DNA of 64,000 nt from Felis catus. Lineage: Eukaryota. The stretch covers positions 4,774,001-4,838,000 of the forward strand of contig NC_058368.1 of NCBI RefSeq assembly GCF_018350175.1. Reading direction: 5' to 3'. The notes below the pieces were generated by a model, which saw only the letters and a list, made by a program, of their open reading frames with translations, ran no database searches and was not told the DNA's origin. Below are positions 50,401 to 61,559 of this stretch, one piece after another (the first letter of the stretch is position 1; each line of letters opens with the position of its first letter). Made by a program: the position numbers and the translations under genes.

Positions 50401-51832
50401 TATGATGCCACATGCAGAGTGGGCTCCGTCCCAGCAGGCCAGCCCCACCTGCCCCTGGGCAGACCTGAGAGGGTCGCCTGGCGGGTCCTAACCCTTCCCA
50501 GAGGCTCCTCAACAGAATTCAGCTCAGCACTGCACAGGTACTGTGCTCAGAGCTTCGGGGGACACTTGGGTGGCCGGGCACCGGCCCTGAGATGCTTTCC
50601 AGTCGGGCCAGCTGCCGCCAGAAGGACTGGAAGGTAGGGAGTGAGCCTCTTAGGGGGCACGGCTGGGGGCCAGGGCAGGACGGGTTCTCTGGGCCGAGGG
50701 GAGCCCGGAAGGCTCTGTGAAGGGGCTGGCATTTCCACGGGATCTGCGAGGCAGGGTGGGCTGGGGACAAGTAAGGGTACAGAAGGACGGGGCCAGGGAC
50801 GCAAGGAGAGGCTGGTCCAAAATGATGGAACAGTAAGAGCGGCGGTGACCCTGCGCATCATCCTTTTAACAGGCCACTTTACGTGTGTCGCAGGCGAGCG
50901 CATCCTTTCCCGGCCACCATCCACATGGCTTCCCTCTGCGCTGTCGCTGGGAGCCTGTAACTCATGATGAGTAAGTGGCGGGGCTGGGGGCACGTGTCTG
51001 GTGCTGTCCTGCCCCGACCTGTCTCAAGCCCACTGTCTGAGCTGCAGGCCTTCCTGACACTCAGTACTGCAGCTCTAACCTGGGATCGTGACTGTCCGTC
51101 ACCACGGATTATTGTCACGATTCAATACTGGTGCACGTTGAGTGCTCAGATTGGCGCCACGCATAGTAAGTGCTCAATAAAGCAGGGCTGCCCTGAGTAC
51201 TAGAAGTAGGAGTAGCAGTTGTTACTACACAGAACTGCCTGGCCCAGCTCTGCCAGTCCTTCTGCACATCGTGCCCCAACTCCCCTCCGTGGCTGGGCTC
51301 CACTCTGGCCTTCCTTCTGAAGGTTCCTTCGTGTATCACAGAACTCGCAACGAGAACACCATGGGAACGATTTTCTCATGTATCTGTCTAAAACTGTTGC
51401 TCACTAATACTATTTACAGATTTTTTTTTCGATCGCATTCTCAATGCACGGAAGGCTGTTGTGGTGCAATGCTCAAGGATGCTGTGCCGGCCTGTGTATT
51501 TACCTGCTAATGAATTAGTAGATCTCCTAGACTCGGGGTGACGGCCCATAGATACCCTCGGAGTAAGAAAATTTTTATACAAGGCAAAAACTCCTAATGG
51601 ATGCTAATATTTAAACTTACCCTCTATGAATACTATGTCCATTATTAACCTCTCACTTAATCGTAAAATCGTGGATGGTTACAAGATGGTTGTATTTTCT
51701 CTGTGGTTTGCCCCAAATACCAAAGGAACGTGGCAGGAACCTACAGTTGCTTCCAGCTCAACAGGTCTGAAGACCTTCTATCCAGAAGTGTGAGTCACAA
51801 GCGTGGCAATTGTGGAGTGGAACAGGTGATGA

Positions 51833-51872
51833 TTATGCAAGAAATGCTGTACTGTATTTCAGAAGGTCAATT
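51833..51872 (-). CDS. Candidate terminal coding exon B: (Q)IDLLKYSTAFLA*
   Basis: Strong acceptor tttcactcccttgcccttcag|, phase-2 compatible. The exon may run to the donor GAGG|GTAAGT at 51621/51620. Confidence 0.3.
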
Positions 51873-52059
51873 CTGAAGGGCAAGGGAGTGAAAGTCTTTA
51901 TTAAGGAGGGGAAAAAATGTCAGTTATGCTGCTGTGTGCACAGAAAGGAATCTACTCCTCCATTGACAAAAATGCCTCGGCTGCTTTCTTGCGCCTCATC
52001 TTAGGGTTTGTTGACAAATCTAAAAGAATGTGATGGGCATTCCTTGGGAAATGCCCTTA

Positions 52060-52248
52060 TATTTTTAAGTTTATTTACTTATTTTGAGAGAATGAAAGCA
52101 TGAGCAGTGGGGACGAGCAGAGAGAGAATCCCAAGCAGGCTCCCTGCTCTCAGCCCTGCCAAGGGCTCAAACTCCTGAACCATGAGATCATGACCTAAGC
52201 GGAAATCAAGAGTCAAATGCTCAACCAACTGGGCCACCCGGGTGCCCC
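52060..52248 (-). mobile_element. CAN-SINE
   Basis: TSD gaaa(t/c)gccctt. Confidence 0.9.
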
Positions 52249-52496
52249 TGAGAAACGCCCTTTTAAATTTTGTGTGTCCTCAGACCCTTTTACATGACAT
52301 TTATCATGTCTTCTTCATAGCGATTATTTGAAAGACAGTTTCATGAACTACAATCTTTCCCATTTTCCCTTGTCCCTACACCAAGAGGGATCAAAACACA
52401 TGCATTTATTCCTTCACCAGACAAGAAAGCACCGTTTCACCCATGAGACCATATTCCCCAAACATCCATAAAAATATTATTTTATATCTGCATATA

Positions 52497-53108
52497 CAGT
52501 TGACCCTTGATCAACATAGGTTTGAACCACAGGGGTCCACTTACGTGCAGAGTTTTTCAATAAATGTATCGGAAAATTTTTTGCAGATCTGCGACAATCT
52601 GAAAAGACTCACAGACAAACCATTCAGTCTAGAAATATTGAAAATTAAGAAAAGGTCAGGTAGGTCACGAATGCATAAAGTACATGTAGATAGTCTATTT
52701 TATCATTTACTGCCATTAAATATGCATGAATCTATCACAAAGTTAAAATTTATCAAAACGTGCGCACACGCAGACTGCACGTGGTCCCGTTCCCAGTCAA
52801 GAAAAATATAAACAAATGCAAAGATGCAATATTAGATCATAACTGCATACAATTAACTACAGTGCATACTGTAGCCCCCTGCTGGAATTGCAGTGAGCTC
52901 AAAGTAGCTACTTAAAACCCCTGTGATGCTAATCATTTTCCAGTGAGCAGTTCACGTCTCCAGTAAATCGTATTTTGCAATAAAAAGTGATCTCTGGCAG
53001 TTCTCGCTATTAGTAGTTAAATTTGGGGGGCGTCAACATTTATACACAGATTTTAAAGCATGTGTGGGGTTGGCACCCCTAACCCCCATGCTGTTCAAGG
53101 GTTAACTG
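52497..53108 (+). mobile_element. Tigger2-family non-autonomous DNA transposon
   Basis: Terminal inverted repeats cagttgacccttga / ttcaagggttaactg with TA on both sides. Confidence 0.92.
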
Positions 53109-53190
53109 TACTTTATCTTTCACACTTAAATCTGAACTCCCGCCCCTGGACCTCCCCTGCTAAGCCCCCAGGTAGCACCCTATTTGTGAG

Positions 53191-53257
53191 TTAATTCCAT
53201 GATCTAAGAGACGAGGCAATTCTCCAATCCATCCAAGGTGGTCTTTGATTACTGCCA
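53191..53257 (-). CDS. Candidate terminal coding exon A: (H)GSNQRPPWMDWRIASSLRSWN*
   Basis: Acceptor tgtttgtgtgtgtttag|, phase-2 compatible with the 54384 donor. A minus-strand AATAAA lies near 52405. Alternative to candidate B. Confidence 0.3.
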
Positions 53258-53582
53258 CTAAACACACACAAACAGTATCTTTTAAGAACAGGGTTTCATA
53301 TATCCACCCAGATTTATTCAACTTTATCAAAATGTAAACATTTAAAACAATGTTAAAATATGAGCACTACACACAGGTTGTCAAAGAACAGGATTTCTCT
53401 ACAATTAAATGCAACGTCATCTAGCATTTAACTCCTCCCCTATCGAGGCAGAAAAAAGCAGAGTTGTCTTTTGTTTGTTTGTTTGTTTTGAAAGAGGGTG
53501 GGGTAGGGGGGTGGAGAAAGAATGAGCAGGGGAGGGGCAGAGGGAGAGAAAAAGCAGAGCTGTTTTAAAATCAGGACCCTCA

Positions 53583-54053
53583 GGGGCGCCTGGGTGGTGC
53601 AGTCGGTTAAGCTTCTGACTTCAGCCAGGTCACGATCTCACGGTCCGTGAGTTTGAGCCCCGCGTCAGGCTCTGGGCTGATGGCTCAGAGCCTGGAGCCT
53701 GTTTCCGATTCTGTGTCTCCCTCTCTCTCTGTCCCTCCCCCGTTCATGCTCTGTCTCTCTCTGTCCCAAAAATAAATAAAAAACGTTGAAAAAAAAATTT
53801 TTTTTTAAATCAGGACCCTCAAGGGGCGCCTGGGTGCGGTCGGTTAAGCGTCCGACTTCAACCAGGTCACGATCTCGCGGTCCGTGAGTTCGAGCCCCGC
53901 GTCAGGCTCTGGGCTGACGGCTTGGAGCCTGGAGCCTGTTTCCGATTCTGTGTCTCCCTCTCTCTCTGCCCCTCCCCCGTTCATGCTCTGTCTCTCTCTG
54001 TCCCAAAAATAAATAAAAAACGTTGAAAAAAAAATTTTTTTTTAAATAAAATA
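53583..54053 (+). mobile_element. Tandem pair of SINEC_Fc (53583-53806, 53823-54053)
   Basis: aaatcaggaccctca at 53568, 53807 and 54054. Confidence 0.97.
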
Positions 54054-54383
54054 AAATCAGGACCCTCAATATATTATTTACTTTGAGAAACTCTTAGACC
54101 TACTGAAGTGGAAAGCAAGTTGGCAAAGATAATTTATATGTTAGTAAAAGGTACTAATATAAAAGGGAATGCGGTGCACTTTCAAATGCCTATCGATTCC
54201 TTCCTTTGATTTATTCTCACCTAGGTGATAATAATAATAGAGAAGCAAAGTCAGGAGAAGAGCTAGGCTTTTGCTGGGAATCTGATGGTGGGAAGGGATT
54301 TACAGTCTGATTTGGAGGACTCGAGGCGGGAACATTTTGTTTTCTGTGTGCTCATTTTCGTTTTACCGTTGGCTTTAGCTCAC

Positions 54384-54467
54384 TGTCGAAGCTCTGGTAA
54401 TTTACGTTGGATAATGTGACTGAACATCACTTGGGATGATAAATCGTACGGAAAGTGAATTTTCAGC
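54384..54467 (-). CDS. Putative coding exon (84 nt, phase 2-2): (W)LKIHFPYDLSSQVMFSHIIQRKLPELR; if unspliced it ends Q-stop at 54380
   Basis: Acceptor ttattcccttacacag|, open frame continuing the 56495-56590 exon, possible donor ACA|GTGAGC overlapping an in-frame TGA. Confidence 0.55.
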
Positions 54468-55028
54468 CTGTGTAAGGGAATAATCTTAGAACAGAATTAA
54501 CTGATGCAGTGTTGTGACCCATTCCAGAGTCTTCCCGGGGAATGTCTGTCTACATGGCCTACAACCAGTTCCAGGAAGATGCCTGAAGAAACATAGTCAT
54601 GATGGGGAAAGTCCCTTCTTCACTGACTGTTCCTCTTCTTTCCCCAAAGGGGAGAATGGATGGCCAATGAGTTAAGAAAACCAAAACCTGGAGAACTAGA
54701 TAGGCTGAAAGTAAATGATCCGTAGCACAGGCTTCCATATCGTGAATCTCAAATACACAAATATCAATACAGCCTAGATAAAATCAGGAAGAAGTAAGCA
54801 TATGTGCCGCATTAAAAACTTTGAGCACTGATATAAATGGTATCCATTCAAAATGCACATAGAGCCTGTCAGTATCAGGAGTCATGATTTCGTTCCCAAT
54901 TATGTAGTTGACAGCACAGGGATATTTTATGTTTCTTATTTCATTTTTATAATAGTTGTTCCTTCTTTTTGTAATTTACAAATAGTGGTTCGTGATACTT
55001 TTGGGATTTTAAAAAACAATCCTTTATC

Positions 55029-55160
55029 GGGGTGCCTGGCTGGCTCAGTTGGTAGAGCACACAACTCTTGATCTCAGGGTCATGATTCCAAGCCCCAAGC
55101 TTGGCACAGCGCGTACTTAAAAAAAAAACAACAAAAACAAAAACAGAAAAAGTAAAAAGC
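55029..55160 (+). mobile_element. Short CAN-SINE
   Basis: TSD caatccttta. Confidence 0.9.
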
Positions 55161-55265
55161 AGCAATCCTTTACCAAAGACGGAGAAGCCATGCCCTGGAG
55201 GGGACAATGCCATAGCGCACCTGGGAGGAACCTAGGTCCTTGAATGACCTTAAGAGGTAGACCAG

Positions 55266-55483
55266 TGGCTCAGTCGGTTAAGCGTCCGACTTCGGCTCAG
55301 GTCATGATCTCACGGTTCGTGAGTTTGAGCCCCACGTCGGGCTCTGTGCTGACAGCTCAGAGCCTGGAGCCTGCTTCACATTCTGTGTCTCCCTCTCTCT
55401 CTCTGCCCCTTCCCTGCTCATGCTGTGTCTCTCTCTGTCTGAAAAATAAATAAACATTAAAAAAAAAATTTTTTTTTTAAAAA
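55266..55483 (+). mobile_element. 5'-truncated CAN-SINE
   Basis: Begins at tggctcagtcgg; perfect TSD aagaggtagaccag. Confidence 0.95.
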
Positions 55484-55728
55484 AAGAGGTAGACCAGAAT
55501 TCCAGACTGCTCACCAGGAACTGTGAAAGGGAACCAGAGTAAATTTCTATATTTAAAAAAAACAACAGTAATACAGATTGTGTGTATACGTATATATGTA
55601 TGTATATATGCAGTAAATGTACAAAACACTTTCTGGAGAGAATGGCCAGAGAGGAGAGTGTAAATGGAAGGGGTTTCTACTCTATCCATTCTTTTTATGG
55701 GTACTGTGTACACAGATTTGTACTGTGG

Positions 55729-55954
55729 TTTTTTTTTTTAATTTTTTTTTTCAACGTTTATTTATTTTTGGGACAGAGAGAGACAGAGCATGAACGGGCG
55801 AGGGGCAGAGAGAGAGGGAGACACAGAATCGGAAACAGGCTCCAGGCTCTGAGCCATCAGCCCAGAGCCCGACGCGGGGCTCGAACTCACGGACCGTGAG
55901 ATCGTGACCTGGCTGAAGTCGGACACTTAACCGACTGCGCCACCCAGGCGCCCC
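55729..55954 (-). mobile_element. Young SINEC_Fc-type SINE
   Basis: TSD tgtactgtg. Confidence 0.96.
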
Positions 55955-56494
55955 TGTACTGTGTTTTTATTCATATATTTTAAGATGTCTCTAACATTGC
56001 ATTATATTTGTAAGTTAAAAATAGAACCAAAAATAAGCTATCTTAAGATATCATTAATATAGTGAATAAAGGCTGATGTACAGTGGAAAATAAATTGTTT
56101 TGCAAATATTTTCCATTTGTAAAAAACAAACCCCACAGACGTTCTATGTCCTTATTATTAATAATTTATTTTTTGCTTTAATCCAAAGCTTTTTGAAATG
56201 CATTATATGCAATTAAATCTGTGTTAGGGTACTACCAATACAGCACATAAAGAAAGAGCTGATTATATAATGAAGATTCTAATCTTAACTCTATTATTTT
56301 TCTTAATTCTAGGTTTTCTCAAAAGCTACTTGTTATCATCAAAGTCCCTTCACGTCTCTCAAGACGACATTACTCGATATTTAGCACCGCAGCCTATTAA
56401 CGCAGGTTTTTCAAAAGACACACACAACACTGTCTTTTCTGTGTGTGTCCCATTCATCGTTTGAGCTGTCAATCTTTTTTAAAGTCTAATTTAC

Positions 56495-56590
56495 CAAACC
56501 TTCTCCTGTAAACTTGCCATTATCTCAGGGCCCAGTAATGAAATTGTCACCGGTGTCCGAGAAGCGATGCTTAGTTTGAGATGTCTATTA
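56495..56590 (-). CDS. Putative internal coding exon (96 nt, phase 2-2) of an unidentified minus-strand gene: NRHLKLSIASRTPVTISLLGPEIMASLQEKV(W)
   Basis: Acceptor ttttgtgtttcag|, donor TTTG|GTAAAT, open frame in unique sequence. Its terminal TG joins the G of the next exon to form a Trp codon in frame. Confidence 0.6.
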
Positions 56591-56674
56591 CTGAAACACA
56601 AAACTGAATTCATCCAACCTTTTCCCTGAGTTATTTGATACAGGTATTCCCCCTCCTTATCTACATATGTACAC

Positions 56675-56676
<2 letters not shown>

Positions 56677-56720
<44 letters not shown>
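56677..56720. repeat. (CA)n microsatellite
   Basis: Read directly. Confidence 0.97.
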
Positions 56721-56722
<2 letters not shown>

Positions 56723-56899
56723 GGTGGGGGGCGGGGAGGGGCAATGGTATAAACAGAATGATGTAGAACCAGACAAACAGGATTTTGAGTTTCTGCAAAT
56801 GCTGCACTTCTTAAGACTGAGTGATTGGCCTCAGGGAGCCAGACCTACCCACACACCGGGGCCTGAGTGCACAGGGGAATCAACAGAAGAAATGAAGAG

Positions 56900-57432
56900 A
56901 TATTCTCCGTTCACCCCTCCCCTTCCCTCCCCCATGGTCTTAAGTTTCTCAAGATCCACGTATGAGTGAAAACATATGATATCTGTCTTGTTCTGACTTA
57001 TTTCACTCAACATAATACCCTCCAGTTCCATCCACATTGCTGCAAATGGCTAGATTTCATTCTTTCTCATTGCCAAGTAGTATTCCACTGTATATATAAA
57101 CCACATCTTCTTTATCCATTCACCAGTTGATGGACATTTAGGCTCTTTCCATAATGTGGCTATTGGTGAGAGTGCTGCTATAAACATTGGGGCACATGCT
57201 CCCTTATGAATCAGCCCTCCTGTATCCCCTGGGTAAATTCCCAGCAGCACTATTGCTGGGTCATAGGGTAGGTCTATTTTTAATTTTTTGAAGAACCTCC
57301 ACACTGTTTTCCAGAGCAGCTGCCCCAGTTTGCATTCCCACCGACAGTGCAAGAGGGTTCCCGTTTCTCCACATCCTCACCAGCATCTGTTGTTTCCTGA
57401 GTTGTTCATTTTAGCCACTCTGACTGACGTGA
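56900..57432 (-). mobile_element. Carnivore LINE-1 3' fragment (ORF2 C-terminus and 3'UTR)
   Basis: ORF reads [41 protein letters not shown], similar to the 3' end of the 16-19 kb L1. Confidence 0.93.
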
Positions 57433-57657
57433 TCACCCGTCTTTGACAAAACTTCTCTTCCTTTGAGTTCTGGGATGCCATGCTCTATTAGTTTTCCTCC
57501 CTGACAACGCCCCTCCCTCGCCGTTGCAGTTTCCCCTCCCCTACCTGGACATTACCTAATTGTGGTTCTTCAAGGCTTGGTCCTTGACCCTCTTCTGTTC
57601 TCACTTGACACTCTCTCCCTAGGTGAGTTCGCCCATGCTCACAGCTGCATTACTGTC

Positions 57658-58270
57658 TGCTGCAGGTTGAGCTGCGTCCCCCACAAAAATGTGGAGTTCT
57701 AACCCCCAGCACCTGTGAATGTGGCCTTACTTGGAAACAGAATCTTTCAGATGACGAAGGTAAAATGATGTCACTAGGCTGGGCCTTAATCCAGTACATC
57801 TGTCTGAAAAGGGGAAATTGGACAGAGAGATAGACACATACAAGAAGGGTGCCTGGGTGGCAAAGTCGGTTAAGCGTCTGACTGTCGATTTCGACTCATG
57901 GTTCGCGAGATCATGACATTGAGCCCCGTGTGGGCCTCTGCACTGAGAGCACGGAGTCTGCTTGGGATTCTCTCTCCCTCGCTCTCTGCCCCTCCCCCAA
58001 CTTGCTCACTCTCCTCTCTCTCTCAAAATAGATAAACATTGAAAAAGAAAAGGGAGATGGTATGAAGACACAAGCAGAAGACGGCCGCTGACAAGCGAAG
58101 GAGACAGGCCTGGAACAGACCTCTCCCTCACATCCCCCAGGAGAACAGCCCTCGCCGACACCTGGACCTCAGACTACCAGGCTCCGGGACAGTGAGATCG
58201 TGAGTTTCTGTTGTTTCCTAAGCCACTCCGTCTTCGTGCTCGGTTACAGCGGCCACAGGAAGCTGACACA
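57658..58270 (+). mobile_element. MLT1B-type MaLR solo LTR containing a SINE
   Basis: ctaacccccagcacctgtgaatgtggccttacttggaaa..gcctggaacaga..gacacct..taagccactc..gctgacaca. Confidence 0.88.
57847..58050 (+). mobile_element. CAN-SINE inside MLT1
   Basis: gggtgcctgggtggcaaagtcggttaagcg plus CT tract. Confidence 0.9.
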
Positions 58271-59532
58271 CCATCTGTTCCCACAGTTCTCTCTCCGATC
58301 TACACCTTTCTCACAAGCTGGGTCCGCTCTCTTCACTGGCTGCTTACTGACACCTTTGGGGGGGATGTCCAAAAGACACTGCAAATCTAACATCTCCAAA
58401 ACAGAACTCTGTTCGTTTACACCCTGTGCCACCAAATTTGACAAAACAAAATTTAAAAAGACAGCAAGAAACCCAAGGTGCCCTATCTCAGTAGGTCTCG
58501 CCCCCGTGAAAGGCGGGGGTAATTCTCAAAACCTCTGACCCCGTTCCCCACCGCCTCACTTCCAACCAGGTCCGGGTGCTTGGAAATCCCTCTCGGGCAT
58601 GCACGATACCCGATCTGTCCTGACCCCTCCGTGGCAAAAGAAGTCACCATTTCCTGGCTGGAAGAGAGGGCTCAAGATCACGCGGAGAAAACCACTCAGG
58701 GATCACTCTGCTTTGAGCCTGTCTCTCTCATCTCATCCGGCTTCACTGTCCGTTGGCACCACTGTCCAAGGCCTTTGATTTCCTTAAACACAGCCAGATC
58801 TTTCTCCCGCCCAGGGATGTGTCTTACACTCGCCTAGAATCCTCCTCCAGGGCCCCTCCCCCGCTGCCGTCCCATGGCTCCACGTGGCAGGTCCTCTGTA
58901 TGATTTACCTCCCAGCTTAAATGGCCCGTTCCAGAAAGGTGCCCCCGGCCTGTGCTATCTGGAGTCGCTTCTCCTCAAGCCTCTCTCCATCTCAGCCCCA
59001 TTTATTTCCTTCACAGATCTGATCACGTTGGCGGACTTCACACTTGGCTTGTGCTCCGTCTCCCCGCAAGAATTTGTTTCGAGAAGGCAGGGGTCATCGT
59101 CACACGCACGGGGTCTAGGGCTGTGCACACACACTCAAAGACGGCCTGGCAGTGCAGCCTCGTCGCCCACATGGTCCCTCGTTGGGTTCCACACACCCAG
59201 CACGCTCTCCTCCAGTGCAAGCCTCCTGTTTTCCATCCATATTTGTCCAGCTCAACTCCTACTCATACCTCAGATGCCCCAACACCGGCCACTTCCTCAG
59301 GGAAGGCTTCTCAACTCCCAGACAAGGTCAGACTCCCTGTTGTACCTTCCGGCACGTTGTCCTCCTCCTCCATGGCACTACCAGGGCTGAAATTTTCTAT
59401 TAGATCAGTGTCGAACTCTCCCATAAGACCATATGCCCATCGAGGCAAGAATCACAACCAGTTTTGGTCACCATTGTATTCTAGTATTCAGCACAACACT
59501 GGCACATAAGTGATTTAAAAAATTATTTGTTT

Positions 59533-59750
59533 GGGGCACCCAGGCGGCTCAGTCGGTTGAGCGTCCAACTTCAGCTCGGGTCATGATCTCGCAGTCTGTG
59601 GGTTCAAGCCCCGTGTCAGGCTCTGTGCTGACAGCTCGGGGCCTGGAGCCTGCTTCGGATTCTGTGTCTCCCTTTCTCTCTGCCCCTCCCCCGCTCATGC
59701 TGTCTCTCCTTCTCTCTCAAAAATAAATAAACATTAAAAAAAATTTTTTT
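59533..59750 (+). mobile_element. CAN-SINE
   Basis: TSD aattatttg(t/c)ttg. Confidence 0.95.
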
Positions 59751-59854
59751 AATTATTTGCTTGATAAACAAGAGAAGCAACTTACCCAGAGTTACATAGC
59801 TTATTAGAGACCAACCCGGGACTAGAACCCATATTTCCTAACTCACTGTCTTGT

Positions 59855-60690
59855 GGGTGTATGTATGCAAAATACACCGTATGTTAAAAATGTGTAAAAT
59901 ACATACGCAAAATTTAAAGAAAAAAGATAGGCTGCTTATGTCTGCTCAGGCTCAACAATAAAATATCTCTGTGACCCTAGAAGTTTCTTGTATGCCTCTC
60001 CCCAGTAACATCCCCTTAGTATTCCCAGGGGTGAATGCCACCCAAAATATCATTAACTGTGCTCTTGCTTTCGTTATAAAGATGTGTCTCAAAATAATAT
60101 GTAAATTAAAAATATATTAACATATAAATGTATATTAACATATAAGTTATATTAGCATATAATTTATATACACATATAAATTATAAATAATATATTTAAC
60201 AGAGCCCGTATACATCCTTCTGTGCATTTCATTTCCGAGATTCTTTCATGTTAATGTGTGTAGTTGGAGGTTATTTTCACTGTTGCAAACTTACTCCATT
60301 TCATGACTATACCACAATTTCTCTATTCTCTTGACTGTTTACTGACTTTCAGGGTGAGTCCGACTTGTGACCGTTATGAGCAACCCCCACGCTGTCGTGA
60401 ACATCCCTGCACTTAGCTCGCGGGCGCGCTGGTCCCTCTGGAATCGGTACCTAGGGCACCACTGCCTGTGGCAGGCGCGTGTCCACCTGTGCTGGCGTGC
60501 CAGCCAGCAGATCTGTGGACACTTCGGATCCTCTCAGCCTCACCCGTCTCCAGGACCACACACTGTGCCCTGCCCGTCCCTGCAGCAACCAACTTGGCGA
60601 GCTTTGCTCAGCTACCGGCAGAGACAACTTTGTGCAGTTTCTGCCTCCACTGCTAGCGTCTAACTTCCTCCCGGCCTCAGACTCAGACGA
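59855..60690 (-). mobile_element. Old L1ME-type fragment (continues about 61060-61260)
   Basis: Degenerate antisense L1 3' motifs (ttcatgttaatgtgtgtag..ttcactgttg..taccacaattt; tgccaatctgg..gtttgcattt). Confidence 0.6.
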
Positions 60691-60699
60691 AGCACCGTG

Positions 60700-60992
60700 A
60701 TGCTGGCCGTGGACTCTCCCTTTCCAGCTGTTGGCTGGGCCAGATGCAACCTGAAAGTACAGGGGAGTCGGCTCCCACCGGGGAAGCTGGGATCCATGGA
60801 GGGCTGGAGGAGGGAACCAGCAGGGCAGTTCACTGCCCTACCCATTCTAGAACAACTCAGAGGCCATTCAGATGCAACTGCCTTCACTTCCCCTTCCTCC
60901 TCCTTCCTTTCTGCTCCTGGGACCGTGCTCCCCAGTACCATGTGAGGAGGGCTTTGCCCCAGGCTCTCTTTCCTACAGAATCTAGACTAAGG
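60700..60992 (+). mobile_element. Possible LTR33/LTR16-like ERVL LTR fragment
   Basis: 3' end aggctctctttcctacagaatctagactaag resembles the recalled LTR33-type terminus. Confidence 0.4.
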
Positions 60993-61559
60993 CTCTACAC
61001 ACTGCGAAGTCCTTTCTCACTGTCGTTGTACCTTTTTCTTACTGCCGCCAGCAGTTAATGAAAGTTCAGTGTTCTGCTTCGTCTTCAACACTCGGTATTA
61101 CCCAGCTTTCAAACTGTCTGCCAATCTGGGGAATGCGAAATGCCATCTTCCTGCGGGTTTAGTTTGCATTTTGGTACTTACCCATAAGGCCACGCGTATT
61201 TTTTTATGTTTATAGACTGCTTGTTGTTGAATATATTCCACTCTCTTTCGGGCTTGGCAAATGAACCACTTAGTATTGTTACAGGCCAACTATTCAGCCT
61301 ACGAAACTTCACAACAAGAGAGTGGCTTTGGATTCATTTTCCCTAAATATCTAAGCAGAAGAAAGTCTGATATGAAAAATTAAAAGATTTCTGATTCTGG
61401 AAAAAAAATGGAGTATTAAGAACCAGATTTACCGTCTCACCTAAAACAACAAAAATCAAAAAACTTGAATATATAAAACAACAGTTTTCAAACATTAGAA
61501 ATCAGGCAACATGTGAGAGTGATCCCAGAGAGATAAGAAATGAATTAGGTGAACCCTTT

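Larger units (their letters stand above)
57440..59510 (+). mobile_element. L2 fragments interrupted by MLT1
   Basis: gtccttgaccctcttctgttctca..tccctaggtga; caaatctaacatctccaaaacagaactc; 3' end cagcacaacactggcacata. Confidence 0.65.

Noticed and set aside
46167..51203. Numerous 100-160 aa overlapping ORFs on both strands
   Set aside because: Expected in GC-rich DNA; Pro/Gly/Arg/Ser-biased with no recognisable domain.
51621..51642. MDIVFIE matches my recollection of the enterobacterial FolB N-terminus
   Set aside because: Only seven residues match and nothing beyond them is similar, so it is coincidence rather than horizontal transfer.
53568..54069. Repeat-spacer-repeat pattern resembling CRISPR
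   Set aside because: The repeats are TSDs and the spacers are SINEs; the context is mammalian and no cas genes are present.
56270..56464. Plus-strand 64-aa ORF with a signal-peptide-like start (MKILILTLLFFLILG)
   Set aside because: The hydrophobicity arises from T-rich sequence inside the intron of the minus-strand candidate, with no other support.
58884..59509. 168-185 aa ORFs
   Set aside because: They overlap degraded L2 sequence and show no coding features.
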